Source: Candidatus Izemoplasma sp. | GTDB taxonomy: Bacteria; Bacillota_I; Bacilli_A; Izemoplasmatales; Izemoplasmataceae | Length of the DNA: 60,284 nucleotides | Assembly (NCBI GenBank): GCA_007116245.1 | Contig: SKIW01000026.1 | Span: 1 to 60,284 of the forward strand | Direction: 5' to 3' | Shown here: positions 39,232 through 49,236 of the stretch, in pieces | How the letters are laid out: the number at the start of each line of letters is the position of its first letter | How positions within the stretch are numbered: position 1 is the stretch's first letter | Translations under genes and position numbers: made by a program | Notes under the pieces: model-generated | The model's database searches: none | Told to the model about the DNA's origin: nothing | What the model saw: only the letters and a program-made list of their open reading frames with translations

Positions 39232-40224
39232 ATGACGTATGAAACGTTGAAAGCATCTCAAAAAGAAGCGATTAAAATATTAGAAAATAGCTACGCTAAA
39301 AAGCGCTTATCTCATGCGTACATTTTTGAAGGAGAAGCGGGAACTAAAAAATTTGATACCGCGCTTTTTTTTGCGTCATTATTACTATGCAGTGATGCCA
39401 ATAAAAAACCATGTGGTCAATGTCACCATTGCCGCCGAATCCAACATCAAACTCACCCGAATCTTTACATCGTACGCCCTGCAAAACGCATGGTTGTAAA
39501 AGACGATATCCAAGAACTTCAAAAAGAGTTCAATAAAACAGCACTTGAAGATGGTGCTAAAATTTACATTATTTCCGAAGCAGATACGATGAATCCTTAT
39601 GCATCAAACGCATTACTAAAATTTTTAGAAGAACCACATGATAATATCTACGGAATTCTCTTAGTGAAAGATAGCACAAAACTCTTACCAACGATTCGTT
39701 CTCGCAGTCAAATTATTAACTTCCATAGTCTGCCAGAGATAACCATATATGAGAACTTAATCGAGCAAGGATTTGACCCGCAACTCGCACGTCTAGCATC
39801 CGCTATTCATCACACTACCGATAGTGCGGAAGCGTTTTTATCATTACCGAATGTTTATGATTTAATCGATATAGTTTACGCTTTATACGAAGATTTATCC
39901 CAACAAAAACCCCTTATTTTAACGTTTGAAAAAGAAATCTTTGATGTTGTAAAAAACACCGATGATTATCAAGCCCTACTCGATATTATGATGTACTACC
40001 AAAAAGATTTAATCTATGGTAAAATGAACCATCATAAAAACTTAATCTTTGATGATCAACAAGCCATTATGGAGACGATATTACCACATAAAACAAAAGC
40101 GATGCTTTTAGAAGAACTACAACATATGTTAAGTTTAAAAAACAACCTGAACTTTTACATTAATGAACGACTCGCTTTTGACAATCTTTTACTCGCATTA
40201 GAAAGAAGGACAAACCATGAATAG
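39232..40224 (+). CDS. holB: DNA polymerase III subunit delta'
   Basis: RLSHAYIFEGEAGTKK, zinc module CGQCHHCRRI, SNALLKFLEEP, PTIRSRSQ (SRC motif). Follows tmk as in Bacillus. Confidence 0.88.
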   Translation: MTYETLKASQKEAIKILENSYAKKRLSHAYIFEGEAGTKKFDTALFFASLLLCSDANKKPCGQCHHCRRIQHQTHPNLYIVRPAKRMVVKDDIQELQKEFNKTALEDGAKIYIISEADTMNPYASNALLKFLEEPHDNIYGILLVKDSTKLLPTIRSRSQIINFHSLPEITIYENLIEQGFDPQLARLASAIHHTTDSAEAFLSLPNVYDLIDIVYALYEDLSQQKPLILTFEKEIFDVVKNTDDYQALLDIMMYYQKDLIYGKMNHHKNLIFDDQQAIMETILPHKTKAMLLEELQHMLSLKNNLNFYINERLAFDNLLLALERRTNHE

Positions 40225-41065
40225 TAAAGTTGTAGGAATCCGGTTCAAAACAGCCGGTAAAAAATATTACTTTGATCCAGTAGATTTTTCTTTAAATCTC
40301 AATGATTTGGTTGTTGTAGATACAGTCCGAGGTATCGAACTCGGTGAAGTGATAGAACTCGAAAAAACGATTACCGAGGAAGAACTTATCTCAACATTAA
40401 AACCCATTCTTCGTATTGCTACTGAAGAAGATATCAATCAACACAAAACAAACTTAGAGGAAATGCCCAACGTCATTGCTACAACCTCAGAACTTGTCAA
40501 AAAACATAAACTCGAAATGAAATTACTTGGAGCCGAATACACTCTCGATCGTTCAAAACTCATTATTTACTTCAATGCGGAAGGACGTATAGATTTTAGA
40601 GAACTTGTTAAAGATCTCGCTAACGCTTTTCGTGTTCGCATCGAACTACGTCAAGTTGGTGCACGTGATGGCGCTAAGTTTTTAGGCGGAATCGGACCGT
40701 GTGGGTACTTACTCTGTTGTAACACGTTTTTAGGCGAGTTTGAAACTGTCTCAATTAAAATGGCTAAAAACCAAAACCTTTCATTAAACCCAACAAATAT
40801 CTCTGGACTTTGTGGGAAACTTCTTTGTTGTATTCGATACGAAGATGATACCTATTACGAATTCAGACAAAAAATGCCTAAGCTCTACTCTAGAGTTCAA
40901 ACTAAAGAAGGCAAAGGAAAAGTTATTGCATCAAACATTATTGATCTTTCAATCAAAGTAGAACTAGAAAACGGCAAAATCGATAACTTTAACGTTGAAG
41001 ACCTCGTAAAAATTTACGAGTACGATTTAAGCGGAGAAGAAAATGACAGTCTTGAAACCGAATGA
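40217..41065 (+). CDS. ricT: PSP1-domain protein RicT (YaaT)
   Basis: Cys-rich PSP1 C-terminal region GPCGYLLCCNTFL...GLCGKLLCCIRYE. Follows holB as yaaT does in Bacillus. Confidence 0.85.
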   Translation: MNSKVVGIRFKTAGKKYYFDPVDFSLNLNDLVVVDTVRGIELGEVIELEKTITEEELISTLKPILRIATEEDINQHKTNLEEMPNVIATTSELVKKHKLEMKLLGAEYTLDRSKLIIYFNAEGRIDFRELVKDLANAFRVRIELRQVGARDGAKFLGGIGPCGYLLCCNTFLGEFETVSIKMAKNQNLSLNPTNISGLCGKLLCCIRYEDDTYYEFRQKMPKLYSRVQTKEGKGKVIASNIIDLSIKVELENGKIDNFNVEDLVKIYEYDLSGEENDSLETE

Positions 41066-41789
41066 GGTACTCAATGATTTATTAGGTTACGAAGGATTAA
41101 AAATAATTCAACGACCTGATATGTTTAACTTCTCACTAGATTCAACACTTTTAGCCGACTTTGTAAAACCGACAAAAAAAGTAAAAAAAATCATGGACTT
41201 TGGCACAGGCTTAGCTCCCGTACCACTCTTTTTATCGCTAAAAACAGATGCGAAAATAATCGGTATTGAGATTCAAAAAGAAGTATTTGATATCGCAGTT
41301 AGAAACATTGAGATTAACAGTTTAACAGATCAAATTACTATTTTAAACGAAGATATAAAAAGGCTTCATAATATATATAATCATTCCAGTATTGACCTTA
41401 TTACATGTAATCCACCGTTCTTTAAGTTTCACGAAAACGCAAATATAAACAATAGCGACTATAAAACGATAGCACGCCATGAAAAAAGTATCGACTTAGA
41501 AAGTATCATTACAACCGCAAAATATCTTTTAAACAATAAAGCACACTTATACATGGTCCATAGACCAGAAAGACTTAGTGAAATACTAGAACTTCTTAAA
41601 AAACACCGTTTTTCTGTTAAACGATTACGCTTTATTCATCCTAAAGAACATCAAAACGCTAATATGGTCTTAATTGATGCTAGTAAACAAGGACTTGATG
41701 GTATGCTCATATTACCACCACTATACGTGCATAATGAACATGGCTATACGGAAGAAATCAAACGCATTTTTAATTATGGAAGAAAGTGA
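41043..41789 (+). CDS. Class I SAM-dependent methyltransferase, tRNA (adenine-N6)-methyltransferase-like (Bacillus yabB position)
   Basis: SAM motif IMDFGTGLA and N6-adenine motif CNPPFF. Confidence 0.75.
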   Translation: MTVLKPNEVLNDLLGYEGLKIIQRPDMFNFSLDSTLLADFVKPTKKVKKIMDFGTGLAPVPLFLSLKTDAKIIGIEIQKEVFDIAVRNIEINSLTDQITILNEDIKRLHNIYNHSSIDLITCNPPFFKFHENANINNSDYKTIARHEKSIDLESIITTAKYLLNNKAHLYMVHRPERLSEILELLKKHRFSVKRLRFIHPKEHQNANMVLIDASKQGLDGMLILPPLYVHNEHGYTEEIKRIFNYGRK

Positions 41790-41793
41790 TAAA

Positions 41794-42636
41794 ATGTCTA
41801 AACAAAAAGGAACACTTTATCTCGTTTCAACACCCATTGGAAACCTAAGCGATATGACCTTTAGAGCTGTTGAAACACTTAAGCAGGTCGATAAAATCTA
41901 CGCTGAAGATACGCGTACAAGTTATACATTATTAAACCATTACGGGATTGAAACACCATCACAAAGCTATCACAAATACAATGAAAATACGCGGGTTAAT
42001 AGTATTATCAACGAGTTAAAAGATGGTCAAAATATCGCATTGATCAGTGATGCAGGAACACCACTAATTAGCGATCCAGGCGAGAACTTAGTGAAAGCCG
42101 CCATTAATGAAGACATCATCGTTACACACATTCCTGGACCCACAGCACTTATTTCAGGACTTATACTGTCCGGAAAACCGACACATCCCTTTTTATTCTA
42201 TGGGTTTCTTCCATCAAAAAACGCAGAACGTGATAAAATAATAGAAACCTTAAAATATTATCCTTACACACTAATTTTTTATGAAGCACCGCACAGAATA
42301 AAAACAACATTAAAAGCGTTTAAAGATATTTTTATTACACGTGACTTCAGCATTATTAAAGAAATAACAAAGTACTATGAAACAAGTTTTCACTATTCAT
42401 TAGAAGAGATTGATAAAGTACCAGATCTTAAAGGTGAAATCGTACTCGTTTTAGAAGGTTATCACGATAAAAAAGTCTTTAATGAAGAAGATCTCATCCA
42501 ACATATTATTCTTAATATCGAAGATGGACTACCTGAAATGGATGCAATTAAAAAAGTTGCTAAAGAACGCAAAATGAAAAAAAATGATGTCTATATGGCG
42601 TTTCAAAAACATAAATCGAATCAAAGGAGTGCATAA
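41794..42636 (+). CDS. rsmI: 16S rRNA (cytidine1402-2'-O)-methyltransferase RsmI
   Basis: MSKQKGTLYLVSTPIGNLSDMT.RA, AEDTR, SDAGTPLISDPG (tetrapyrrole-methylase fold). ATG at 41794 is preferred over the ORF-track start at 41674, which lies inside the preceding gene. Confidence 0.9.
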   Translation: MSKQKGTLYLVSTPIGNLSDMTFRAVETLKQVDKIYAEDTRTSYTLLNHYGIETPSQSYHKYNENTRVNSIINELKDGQNIALISDAGTPLISDPGENLVKAAINEDIIVTHIPGPTALISGLILSGKPTHPFLFYGFLPSKNAERDKIIETLKYYPYTLIFYEAPHRIKTTLKAFKDIFITRDFSIIKEITKYYETSFHYSLEEIDKVPDLKGEIVLVLEGYHDKKVFNEEDLIQHIILNIEDGLPEMDAIKKVAKERKMKKNDVYMAFQKHKSNQRSA

Positions 42637-42638
42637 TT

Positions 42639-44570
42639 ATGGCTAAAACCTTTTATATCACGACACCTATATATTATCCGAGTGGAAAACTCCATATCGG
42701 AAACACCTACACGACTGTTTTATGTGATACGCTCAAAAGGTATAAAGAATTGAGAGGCTATGACACATACTACCTAACAGGTATGGATGAACATGGTAAA
42801 AAAATCGAAACCGTTGCCAATGATCGTGGTATCGCACCGATTGATCATGTGACTGAGATGGCAGAAGAAACAAAAGCTTTATGGGACCGTTTAAATATCC
42901 GTTACGATGATTTTATTCGCACTACGGAAAAAAGACATAAAACGGTCGTCCAAAAGATTTTTGAACGCCTACTTGATCAAGGCGATATTTATTTAGGAAC
43001 ATACAAAGGTTACTACTGTATGCCATGTGAATCGTTTTACACAGAAACTCAGTTGAACGAGAATCATACATGTCCTGACTGTGGCCGTGAAACAGCACAA
43101 CTTGAAGAAGAAAGTTACTTCTTTAAACTTGGTAAATACCAAAAACGTCTTTTACAGTTCATCGAACAAAACCCTGATTTCATTACTCCAGAAACGCGTA
43201 AAAATGAAGTAGTGTCCTTTATCCAACAAGGACTAAACGATTTAAGCGTTTCACGAACAACCTTCGATTGGGGTATTAAAGTTGTCTCAAATCCTAAACA
43301 CGTCGTGTATGTTTGGATTGATGCACTATCGAATTACATTAGTGCACTAGGATACAGCACAGATCAAAATCAGAAATACGATAAGTATTGGAATGGCGAT
43401 GAAGTTGTCCATGTCGTGGGAAAAGATATTTTACGCTTCCACGCGATTTACTGGCCGATCATGCTTATGGCATTAGATATTCCTGTTAACTTTAAGCTTC
43501 ATGCGCATGGCTTCTACATGATGAAAGACGGTAAAATGAGCAAATCAAAAGGACAGGTTGTTTACCCGGATATTATACTAAAACGGTATGGACTCGATGA
43601 ATTACGTTACTTTTTACTACGTGAATTACCTTATGGTAGTGATGGTGTATTTACACCAGAGACGTTTGTTGAGAGAATAAATTTCGATTTAGCAAACGAT
43701 TTCGGGAACCTTCTTAATCGTACAGTATCCATGATCAATAAATATTTCGAAGGCACGATTAATAATCTCGATTTAACACCGACAGCATTTGACGATGATT
43801 TAAATAAAACGATTACAGAAGCTGTACATGAAAATAAAAAACACATGAACAACTTAAAAGTAGCACAAGCAGTTCAAGATATATGGAAACTCATCTCAAG
43901 AACGAATAAATACATCGATGAAACAATGCCGTGGGTTCTAGCGAAAGATGAAGAAAAACGAAACGAACTACAAAACGTCCTATATCATCTTTCAGAGTCA
44001 TTACGCCATATCGGTATTTTACTAAAACCAATCTTAATCGAAGCGGTACCATCGCTATTCAATCAGCTGAATGTTCGTAAAGAAAATACAACATGGGATA
44101 GCTTAGAATTTGGAATCGTAAAAATGTATAGTGTTATTAAAAAACCGATTCCGCTTTTTCCAAGATTGGATGTTGATGAGGAAGTAGAAGCAATTCGTGA
44201 ACTGCTTTTAGGTAAGGATGAAGAAAAAGAGAACCTAAAGAAAATACCTGAAATCTCAATCGAAGACTTTGTGAAAATCGACTTTCGTATTGGAAAGGTA
44301 ATCGCATCGGAAAAACATCCCGATGCAGATAAACTATTAGTCTCAAAAATTGATTTAGGAAACAACGATATTCGCCAAATTGTTTCAGGTATCGCTAACG
44401 ATTACACACCTGAATCTATCATCGGGAAACACGTTGTCGTTGTCACAAACTTAAAACCAGTTAAACTTCGTGGAATACTTAGTGAAGGAATGATCTTAGC
44501 AGGGTCTAACAAGAAAACACTCGAAGTTTTATTCGCAGAAAAACTAAATGCTGGAGATGCAGTAAAATAA
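42639..44570 (+). CDS. metG: Methionine--tRNA ligase with C-terminal tRNA-binding (Trbp111-like) domain
   Basis: PIYYPSGKLHIGN (HIGH), CxxC...CPDCG zinc knuckle, KMSKSKG (KMSKS), C-terminal DFRIGKV...HPDADKL. Confidence 0.95.
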   Translation: MAKTFYITTPIYYPSGKLHIGNTYTTVLCDTLKRYKELRGYDTYYLTGMDEHGKKIETVANDRGIAPIDHVTEMAEETKALWDRLNIRYDDFIRTTEKRHKTVVQKIFERLLDQGDIYLGTYKGYYCMPCESFYTETQLNENHTCPDCGRETAQLEEESYFFKLGKYQKRLLQFIEQNPDFITPETRKNEVVSFIQQGLNDLSVSRTTFDWGIKVVSNPKHVVYVWIDALSNYISALGYSTDQNQKYDKYWNGDEVVHVVGKDILRFHAIYWPIMLMALDIPVNFKLHAHGFYMMKDGKMSKSKGQVVYPDIILKRYGLDELRYFLLRELPYGSDGVFTPETFVERINFDLANDFGNLLNRTVSMINKYFEGTINNLDLTPTAFDDDLNKTITEAVHENKKHMNNLKVAQAVQDIWKLISRTNKYIDETMPWVLAKDEEKRNELQNVLYHLSESLRHIGILLKPILIEAVPSLFNQLNVRKENTTWDSLEFGIVKMYSVIKKPIPLFPRLDVDEEVEAIRELLLGKDEEKENLKKIPEISIEDFVKIDFRIGKVIASEKHPDADKLLVSKIDLGNNDIRQIVSGIANDYTPESIIGKHVVVVTNLKPVKLRGILSEGMILAGSNKKTLEVLFAEKLNAGDAVK

Positions 44571-44602
44571 GCAATATAGTATGAAAAAATACAATAAATA
44601 AT

Positions 44603-44631
44603 TTGACTTTTAATAGCAAGTAAGCTATTAT
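44603..44631 (+). promoter_or_regulatory. Promoter of rplM-rpsI, followed by a ~65-nt leader
   Basis: TTGACT (44603-44608), 17-nt spacer, TATTAT (44626-44631). The leader at 44632-44702 could correspond to the Bacillota L13 leader, but I cannot verify its structure. Confidence 0.5.
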
Positions 44632-44702
44632 ATATTTCGGTACATTTTTAATTATCTCCAGGCCCGATTATAGTTAAATTATAATTAGGAGGCTGAAAAG
44701 CT

Positions 44703-45137
44703 ATGAAGACATATATGGCTAACAATCAAACGGTAGAACGCAAATGGTTTGTCATCGACGCAAAAGGTCAAAGACTTGGGCGCTTATCAACCGAAGTTGC
44801 AACGATCTTAAGAGGCAAACATAAACCAACGTTCACACCACACGTAGACTGTGGAGACTACGTGATCGTGATTAACGCAAAAGAAATTGAATTAACAGGC
44901 AACAAGTGGGCTGACAAAAAGTATTACACTCATTCCCAATATCCAGGGTCACTTAAAGTGACTCCAGCGGAAATTATGAATGAAAAACATCCAGGAAGAA
45001 TGGTAGAAATGGCAATTAAAGGGATGCTACCAAAAGGAAGACTCGGACGTCAAATGTACAAAAAACTATTCGTGTATGCGGGAGAAACGCATCCACACCA
45101 AGCTCAAAAGCCTGAAGTGCTTGAGCTAAAAGGTTAG
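44703..45137 (+). CDS. rplM: 50S ribosomal protein L13
   Basis: [34 protein letters not shown]. Confidence 0.97.
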   Translation: MKTYMANNQTVERKWFVIDAKGQRLGRLSTEVATILRGKHKPTFTPHVDCGDYVIVINAKEIELTGNKWADKKYYTHSQYPGSLKVTPAEIMNEKHPGRMVEMAIKGMLPKGRLGRQMYKKLFVYAGETHPHQAQKPEVLELKG

Positions 45138-45146
45138 GAGGCTAGT

Positions 45147-45542
45147 ATGGCTAAACAAGTATTATATAGAGGAACAGGTCGTCGTAAACGCTCAGTAGCA
45201 CGCGTAATGCTTACACCTGGAACCGGACAGTTTACCATCAATGGCAGATCATTTGAAGTCTATATCCCTTCCGCAGCAACCCGTTTAGATGTCTTTCAAC
45301 CACTTGAAATTACCGAAAACCAAAAATCCTTTGACATTGTAGTAAATGTATACGGAGGCGGCATCACCGGACAAGCTGGTGCAATTCGCCACGGTATTAC
45401 ACGCGCATTACTCGAAGTGAATGCAGATTATAGAAAAGCGCTTAAAGCTGCAGGACTCATTACACGTGATCCACGTGTCAAAGAACGTAAAAAACCTGGT
45501 CTTAAAAAAGCTCGCCGTGCACCACAATTCAGCAAGCGTTAA
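45147..45542 (+). CDS. rpsI: 30S ribosomal protein S9
   Basis: [14 protein letters not shown]..., [17 protein letters not shown], ending in APQFSKR. Confidence 0.97.
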   Translation: MAKQVLYRGTGRRKRSVARVMLTPGTGQFTINGRSFEVYIPSAATRLDVFQPLEITENQKSFDIVVNVYGGGITGQAGAIRHGITRALLEVNADYRKALKAAGLITRDPRVKERKKPGLKKARRAPQFSKR

Positions 45543-45554
45543 GAACACACAAAA

Positions 45555-45579
45555 AGCACAAATATTTGTGCTTTTTTTA
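45555..45579 (+). terminator. Intrinsic terminator after rpsI
   Basis: AGCACAA-atat-TTGTGCT stem, followed by T7. Confidence 0.75.
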
Positions 45580-45624
45580 TTCAAAAACGGTATAATAAGA
45601 ACGAATCACCAATAGGAGGTTATT

Positions 45625-47049
45625 ATGAACGTTAGAGTACGCTACGCACCAAGTCCAACAGGACACTTACATATTGGGAACGCACGAACCGCACTTTTTA
45701 ATTACTTGTTTGCAAAAAAACATAACGGAACATTCATCGTGCGTATCGAAGATACAGATATAGAAAGAAACGTTGAAACCGGAATCGAAAGCCAAATGAA
45801 TCATTTACATTGGTTAGGAATTCAGGCGGATGAATCCATTGAAAAAGATGGGGGGTATGGACCTTATCGACAACTCGAAAGACTAAATATATATCAACAC
45901 TACGCACAAGTCTTATTAGATGCGGGTCTTGCCTATAAATGTTACTGTACATCTGAGGAACTTCAAGCAGAGCGTGAACAAATGATTGCGGATGGGAAAG
46001 ATAAACTCCATTATTCACGTAAATGTTTAGGACGGCCAGAAGAAGATAAACCATATACACTGCGCTTTAAAGTACCTGAAAATACAGCATATACTTTTAA
46101 CGACTTAGTTAAAAAAGAGGTGACATTTAGAAGCGAAGATATCGGTGATTGGGTCATCTTAAAACAAAACAAAATTCCAACATATAATTTCGCATGTGCC
46201 ATCGATGATTATCTTATGAAAATAACACATGTCTTAAGAGGCGAAGACCATATTACTAACACCCCTAAACAAATGATGATTTTTGAAGCCTTTCAATGGG
46301 ATTCACCAATTTACGGACACATGACATTAATTGTCAATGAACAAGGAAAAAAATTGTCAAAACGCGATGAGTCTATCTTGCAATTTATTGACCAATATAA
46401 ATCCTTAGGTTATCTTCCAGAAGCATTATTTAACTTTATCACATTATTAGGATGGAGCCCACAAACCGAAGGAGAAATATTCTCACACGATGAACTCATT
46501 TCCCTTTTTGATGAAAAACGACTCTCAACATCGCCAGCTAAATTTGATCAAGAAAAACTTGCCTACATAAACAACCGATATATAAAGAGTTTATCTTTAG
46601 AAGAGACTAAAACATTATGTTTACCATTTCTTACTGAAGCGAACATTGGTTCAAACCAATCAGATGCTTGGTTTGAAAGCTTAATCGCCGTTTTTAAAGA
46701 TCGTTTAGTATATGGAAAACAAATCGTTGAGCTTTATCAAGACTTCTTCGAACAAGAGTTTACAATCGAACCCGAAGCAAAAACATTGCTTTCAGAAGAA
46801 GGTGTTAAGCCATTACTAGAAGATTTTATAACCAGAGTAAATAACACCGAAACACTCACTGCAGAGTCGTATAAAACATACATTAAAGAAAGTGGCAAAG
46901 CAACACAAATGAAAGGCAAAATGTTATTCATGCCTATTCGGATTGCTGTTAGTGGTAGTATGCATGGCCCAGACTTACCTCAAATGATGCACCTTATGGG
47001 TAAAGAACTTGTAACTAACCGTATACAAACAACACTTAAAACACTATAA
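45625..47049 (+). CDS. gltX: Glutamate--tRNA ligase
   Basis: VRYAPSPTGHLHIGNARTALFNY (HIGH), RIEDTD, LRGEDH, KLSKRD (KMSKS). Confidence 0.95.
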   Translation: MNVRVRYAPSPTGHLHIGNARTALFNYLFAKKHNGTFIVRIEDTDIERNVETGIESQMNHLHWLGIQADESIEKDGGYGPYRQLERLNIYQHYAQVLLDAGLAYKCYCTSEELQAEREQMIADGKDKLHYSRKCLGRPEEDKPYTLRFKVPENTAYTFNDLVKKEVTFRSEDIGDWVILKQNKIPTYNFACAIDDYLMKITHVLRGEDHITNTPKQMMIFEAFQWDSPIYGHMTLIVNEQGKKLSKRDESILQFIDQYKSLGYLPEALFNFITLLGWSPQTEGEIFSHDELISLFDEKRLSTSPAKFDQEKLAYINNRYIKSLSLEETKTLCLPFLTEANIGSNQSDAWFESLIAVFKDRLVYGKQIVELYQDFFEQEFTIEPEAKTLLSEEGVKPLLEDFITRVNNTETLTAESYKTYIKESGKATQMKGKMLFMPIRIAVSGSMHGPDLPQMMHLMGKELVTNRIQTTLKTL

Positions 47050-47072
47050 AACGCCGTTGTTATATAAAATAT

Positions 47073-47101
47073 TTGCAATTTCACTTTAAATCGTATATAA
47101 T
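47073..47101 (+). promoter_or_regulatory. Promoter of the cold-shock gene
   Basis: TTGCAA (47073-47078), 17-nt spacer, TATAAT (47096-47101). Confidence 0.55.
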
Positions 47102-47137
47102 CATGACTATCAAGAAAAAAAGGAGAATTTGTTTTAC

Positions 47138-47335
47138 ATGACAGGAACAGTAAAATGGTTTAATTCAGAAAAAGGCTACGGTTTTATAACAACAGAAGAA
47201 GGTCAAGACATTTTTGTACATTATAGTGCAATTAGCGCTGAAGGGTTCAAAACCTTAAACGAAGGCGATCAAGTACAATTCGAAGTTACCGAAGGCGATC
47301 GTGGACCTCAAGCTTCAAACGTAGAAAAACTTTAA
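47138..47335 (+). CDS. Cold-shock protein (CspA family)
   Basis: [17 protein letters not shown] (RNP1) and DIFVHYS (RNP2). Start is uncertain: ATG at 47138 lies 12 nt after AGGAG, and the ORF-track TTG at 47129 lies only 3 nt after it. Confidence 0.9.
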   Translation: MTGTVKWFNSEKGYGFITTEEGQDIFVHYSAISAEGFKTLNEGDQVQFEVTEGDRGPQASNVEKL

Positions 47336-47349
47336 TGAATTAACAAAAA

Positions 47350-47373
47350 ACAGGCTAAGCGCCTGTTTTTTTT
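47350..47373 (+). terminator. Intrinsic terminator after csp
   Basis: CAGGC...GCCTG stem, followed by T8. Confidence 0.7.
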
Positions 47374-47457
47374 GGGAAAAACCTATTATACTACCAACGA
47401 CACACTATTCTGTGATAGAATAAACATGACAAAAAACATAGAATTAAGGTGACCGAT

Positions 47458-48795
47458 ATGAAGATTTTTAACACACTATCCAATCAACTAGAAACCTTTA
47501 AACCGATTTATAAAAACACTGTGAACATGTATGTCTGTGGACCCACCGTCTATAACTTTATTCAAATCGGCAACGCACGACCAGTGATTTTTTTTGATGT
47601 CGTAAGAAGGTATTTTGAATACTTAAACTATACCGTAAATTTCGTTTCAAACTTCACAGACGTTGATGACAAAATCATCACAAAAGCCATCGAAGATGAG
47701 ACAACTGAAATCGAAATAGCGAACAAATTTATTGAAGCATTTTATGAAGATGTTGAGAGAGTGGGAAGTAGTACTAAGTATCTAGCACCACGAGTGACCG
47801 AGTACATGAGTAGCATTATTGCATACATTGAAAAACTTGTTGAAAAAGACTATGCCTATGCGATTGAGGGTGACGTCTATTTCCGTGTTTCAAAAATAGA
47901 AGAATACGGTATTTTATCGGGGCGTAAACTTGATGAGTTAAACGTCGGGTCACGCATCGAAATCAATAAAAAGAAAGAGAATCCACTTGACTTTACTTTA
48001 TGGAAAAAAACGGATGTTGGTGTAACATTCCCATCGCCTTGGGGTGAAGGAAGACCAGGATGGCATACAGAGTGTATTGCGATGATTCAAGATATTTTCG
48101 ATGGCCCAATCGATATTCACGGTGGTGGTGCTGATTTAATGTTTCCACATCACGAAAATGAAATAGCTCAAAACCGTGCATTGCATCCTCATTACATCGC
48201 AAACTATTGGATGCATAACGGACACTTAAACATCGATAATAAAAAAATGTCTAAAAGTGAGGGGCGCTATATCCTCGTTAAAGACTTAGATTATGATTAC
48301 ATGGGCTTTAGGTTATTTACATTAAGCACACATTATAGAGCACCGATAAACTACACAGACGAGGTTCTAGAGGCGAATGTGCAAGAGTGGGACAAAATTA
48401 AACGCGCATATACACAGGCTTTTTATAAACTAGACCTGGCAGAATATCTCGACGAAGAGGTTCATGAATACGAACATCTTGAAAGCATTAAAGATCGTTT
48501 TATGTATGCTATGGATCAAGACTTTAACACACCAAACGCAATCACAGAAATCCAAAACCTCGTTAAGTATACCAATCAAAAAATCCGCCAAAAAGACGCC
48601 CTTGATCCATTGCTATCGGCACTTAACCTCTTTGATACATTTTTTGAGATACTCGGTCTTAAGCCGAATGTTAAAAGAATGACTAAAGAGACGCGGAGTA
48701 TCTATATGGAATGGGCAGATGCACGTAAAAATAAAGATTTTGATAAAGCAGATAGACTAAGAGAAGCATTAACCGAAAGAGGTGTTCTATCGTAA
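47458..48795 (+). CDS. cysS: Cysteine--tRNA ligase
   Basis: MKIFNTLSNQ.ETFKP..., MYVCGPTVYN..QIGNARP (HIGH), GWHTEC, KMSKSEG. ATG at 47458 follows AAGGTG. Confidence 0.95.
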   Translation: MKIFNTLSNQLETFKPIYKNTVNMYVCGPTVYNFIQIGNARPVIFFDVVRRYFEYLNYTVNFVSNFTDVDDKIITKAIEDETTEIEIANKFIEAFYEDVERVGSSTKYLAPRVTEYMSSIIAYIEKLVEKDYAYAIEGDVYFRVSKIEEYGILSGRKLDELNVGSRIEINKKKENPLDFTLWKKTDVGVTFPSPWGEGRPGWHTECIAMIQDIFDGPIDIHGGGADLMFPHHENEIAQNRALHPHYIANYWMHNGHLNIDNKKMSKSEGRYILVKDLDYDYMGFRLFTLSTHYRAPINYTDEVLEANVQEWDKIKRAYTQAFYKLDLAEYLDEEVHEYEHLESIKDRFMYAMDQDFNTPNAITEIQNLVKYTNQKIRQKDALDPLLSALNLFDTFFEILGLKPNVKRMTKETRSIYMEWADARKNKDFDKADRLREALTERGVLS

Positions 48796-49148
48796 TGCAA
48801 TATAACGGACAGACACTCGCTTACCTAGGGGATGCAGTTTATGAACTACTTGTCAGAAATCACCTTTTAAAAATAGGTGTATCAAAATCAGGAAATCTTC
48901 ACGAAGAAGCTGTAAAATGGACAAGTGCAAAAGGTCAATTCGAGAAACTTAAAAGAGTTGAACCACTTTTAACTGAACAAGAAAAAAACATAATTCATCG
49001 TGGCAGAAACGCTAAACTGACGCGTAAAGCACGCAATGTAGATCTCGCAACATACCATTATGCGACCGGGTTAGAAGCATTGTTTGGCTATCTCCACCTT
49101 AAAAATGAATATGAACGGATAGATAAACTCTTCGAAGAAATGACATAG
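48795..49148 (+). CDS. mrnC: Mini-ribonuclease III
   Basis: LAYLGDAVYEL RNase III signature. 117 aa. Follows cysS as in Bacillus (yazC). Confidence 0.85.
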   Translation: MQYNGQTLAYLGDAVYELLVRNHLLKIGVSKSGNLHEEAVKWTSAKGQFEKLKRVEPLLTEQEKNIIHRGRNAKLTRKARNVDLATYHYATGLEALFGYLHLKNEYERIDKLFEEMT

Positions 49149-49163
49149 CATGTCATTTCTTTT
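49138..49163 (+). terminator. Hairpin/terminator overlapping the mrnC stop
   Basis: AAATGACAT-agc-ATGTCATTT 9-bp stem, followed by CTTTT. Confidence 0.5.
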
Positions 49164-49236
49164 AGGCAAATAATATCTAATTTATTTCAATATGACCTTA
49201 GTTTAAGCATGATAAAATAAAAGTGAGGTATCACCT

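Noticed and set aside
45580-45624. T-box leaders upstream of the aminoacyl-tRNA synthetase genes gltX, cysS (47374-47457) and metG (42637-42638).
   Set aside because: The intergenic spaces are 3-85 nt, too short for the ~200-nt T-box architecture. No T-box consensus stretch was noticed.
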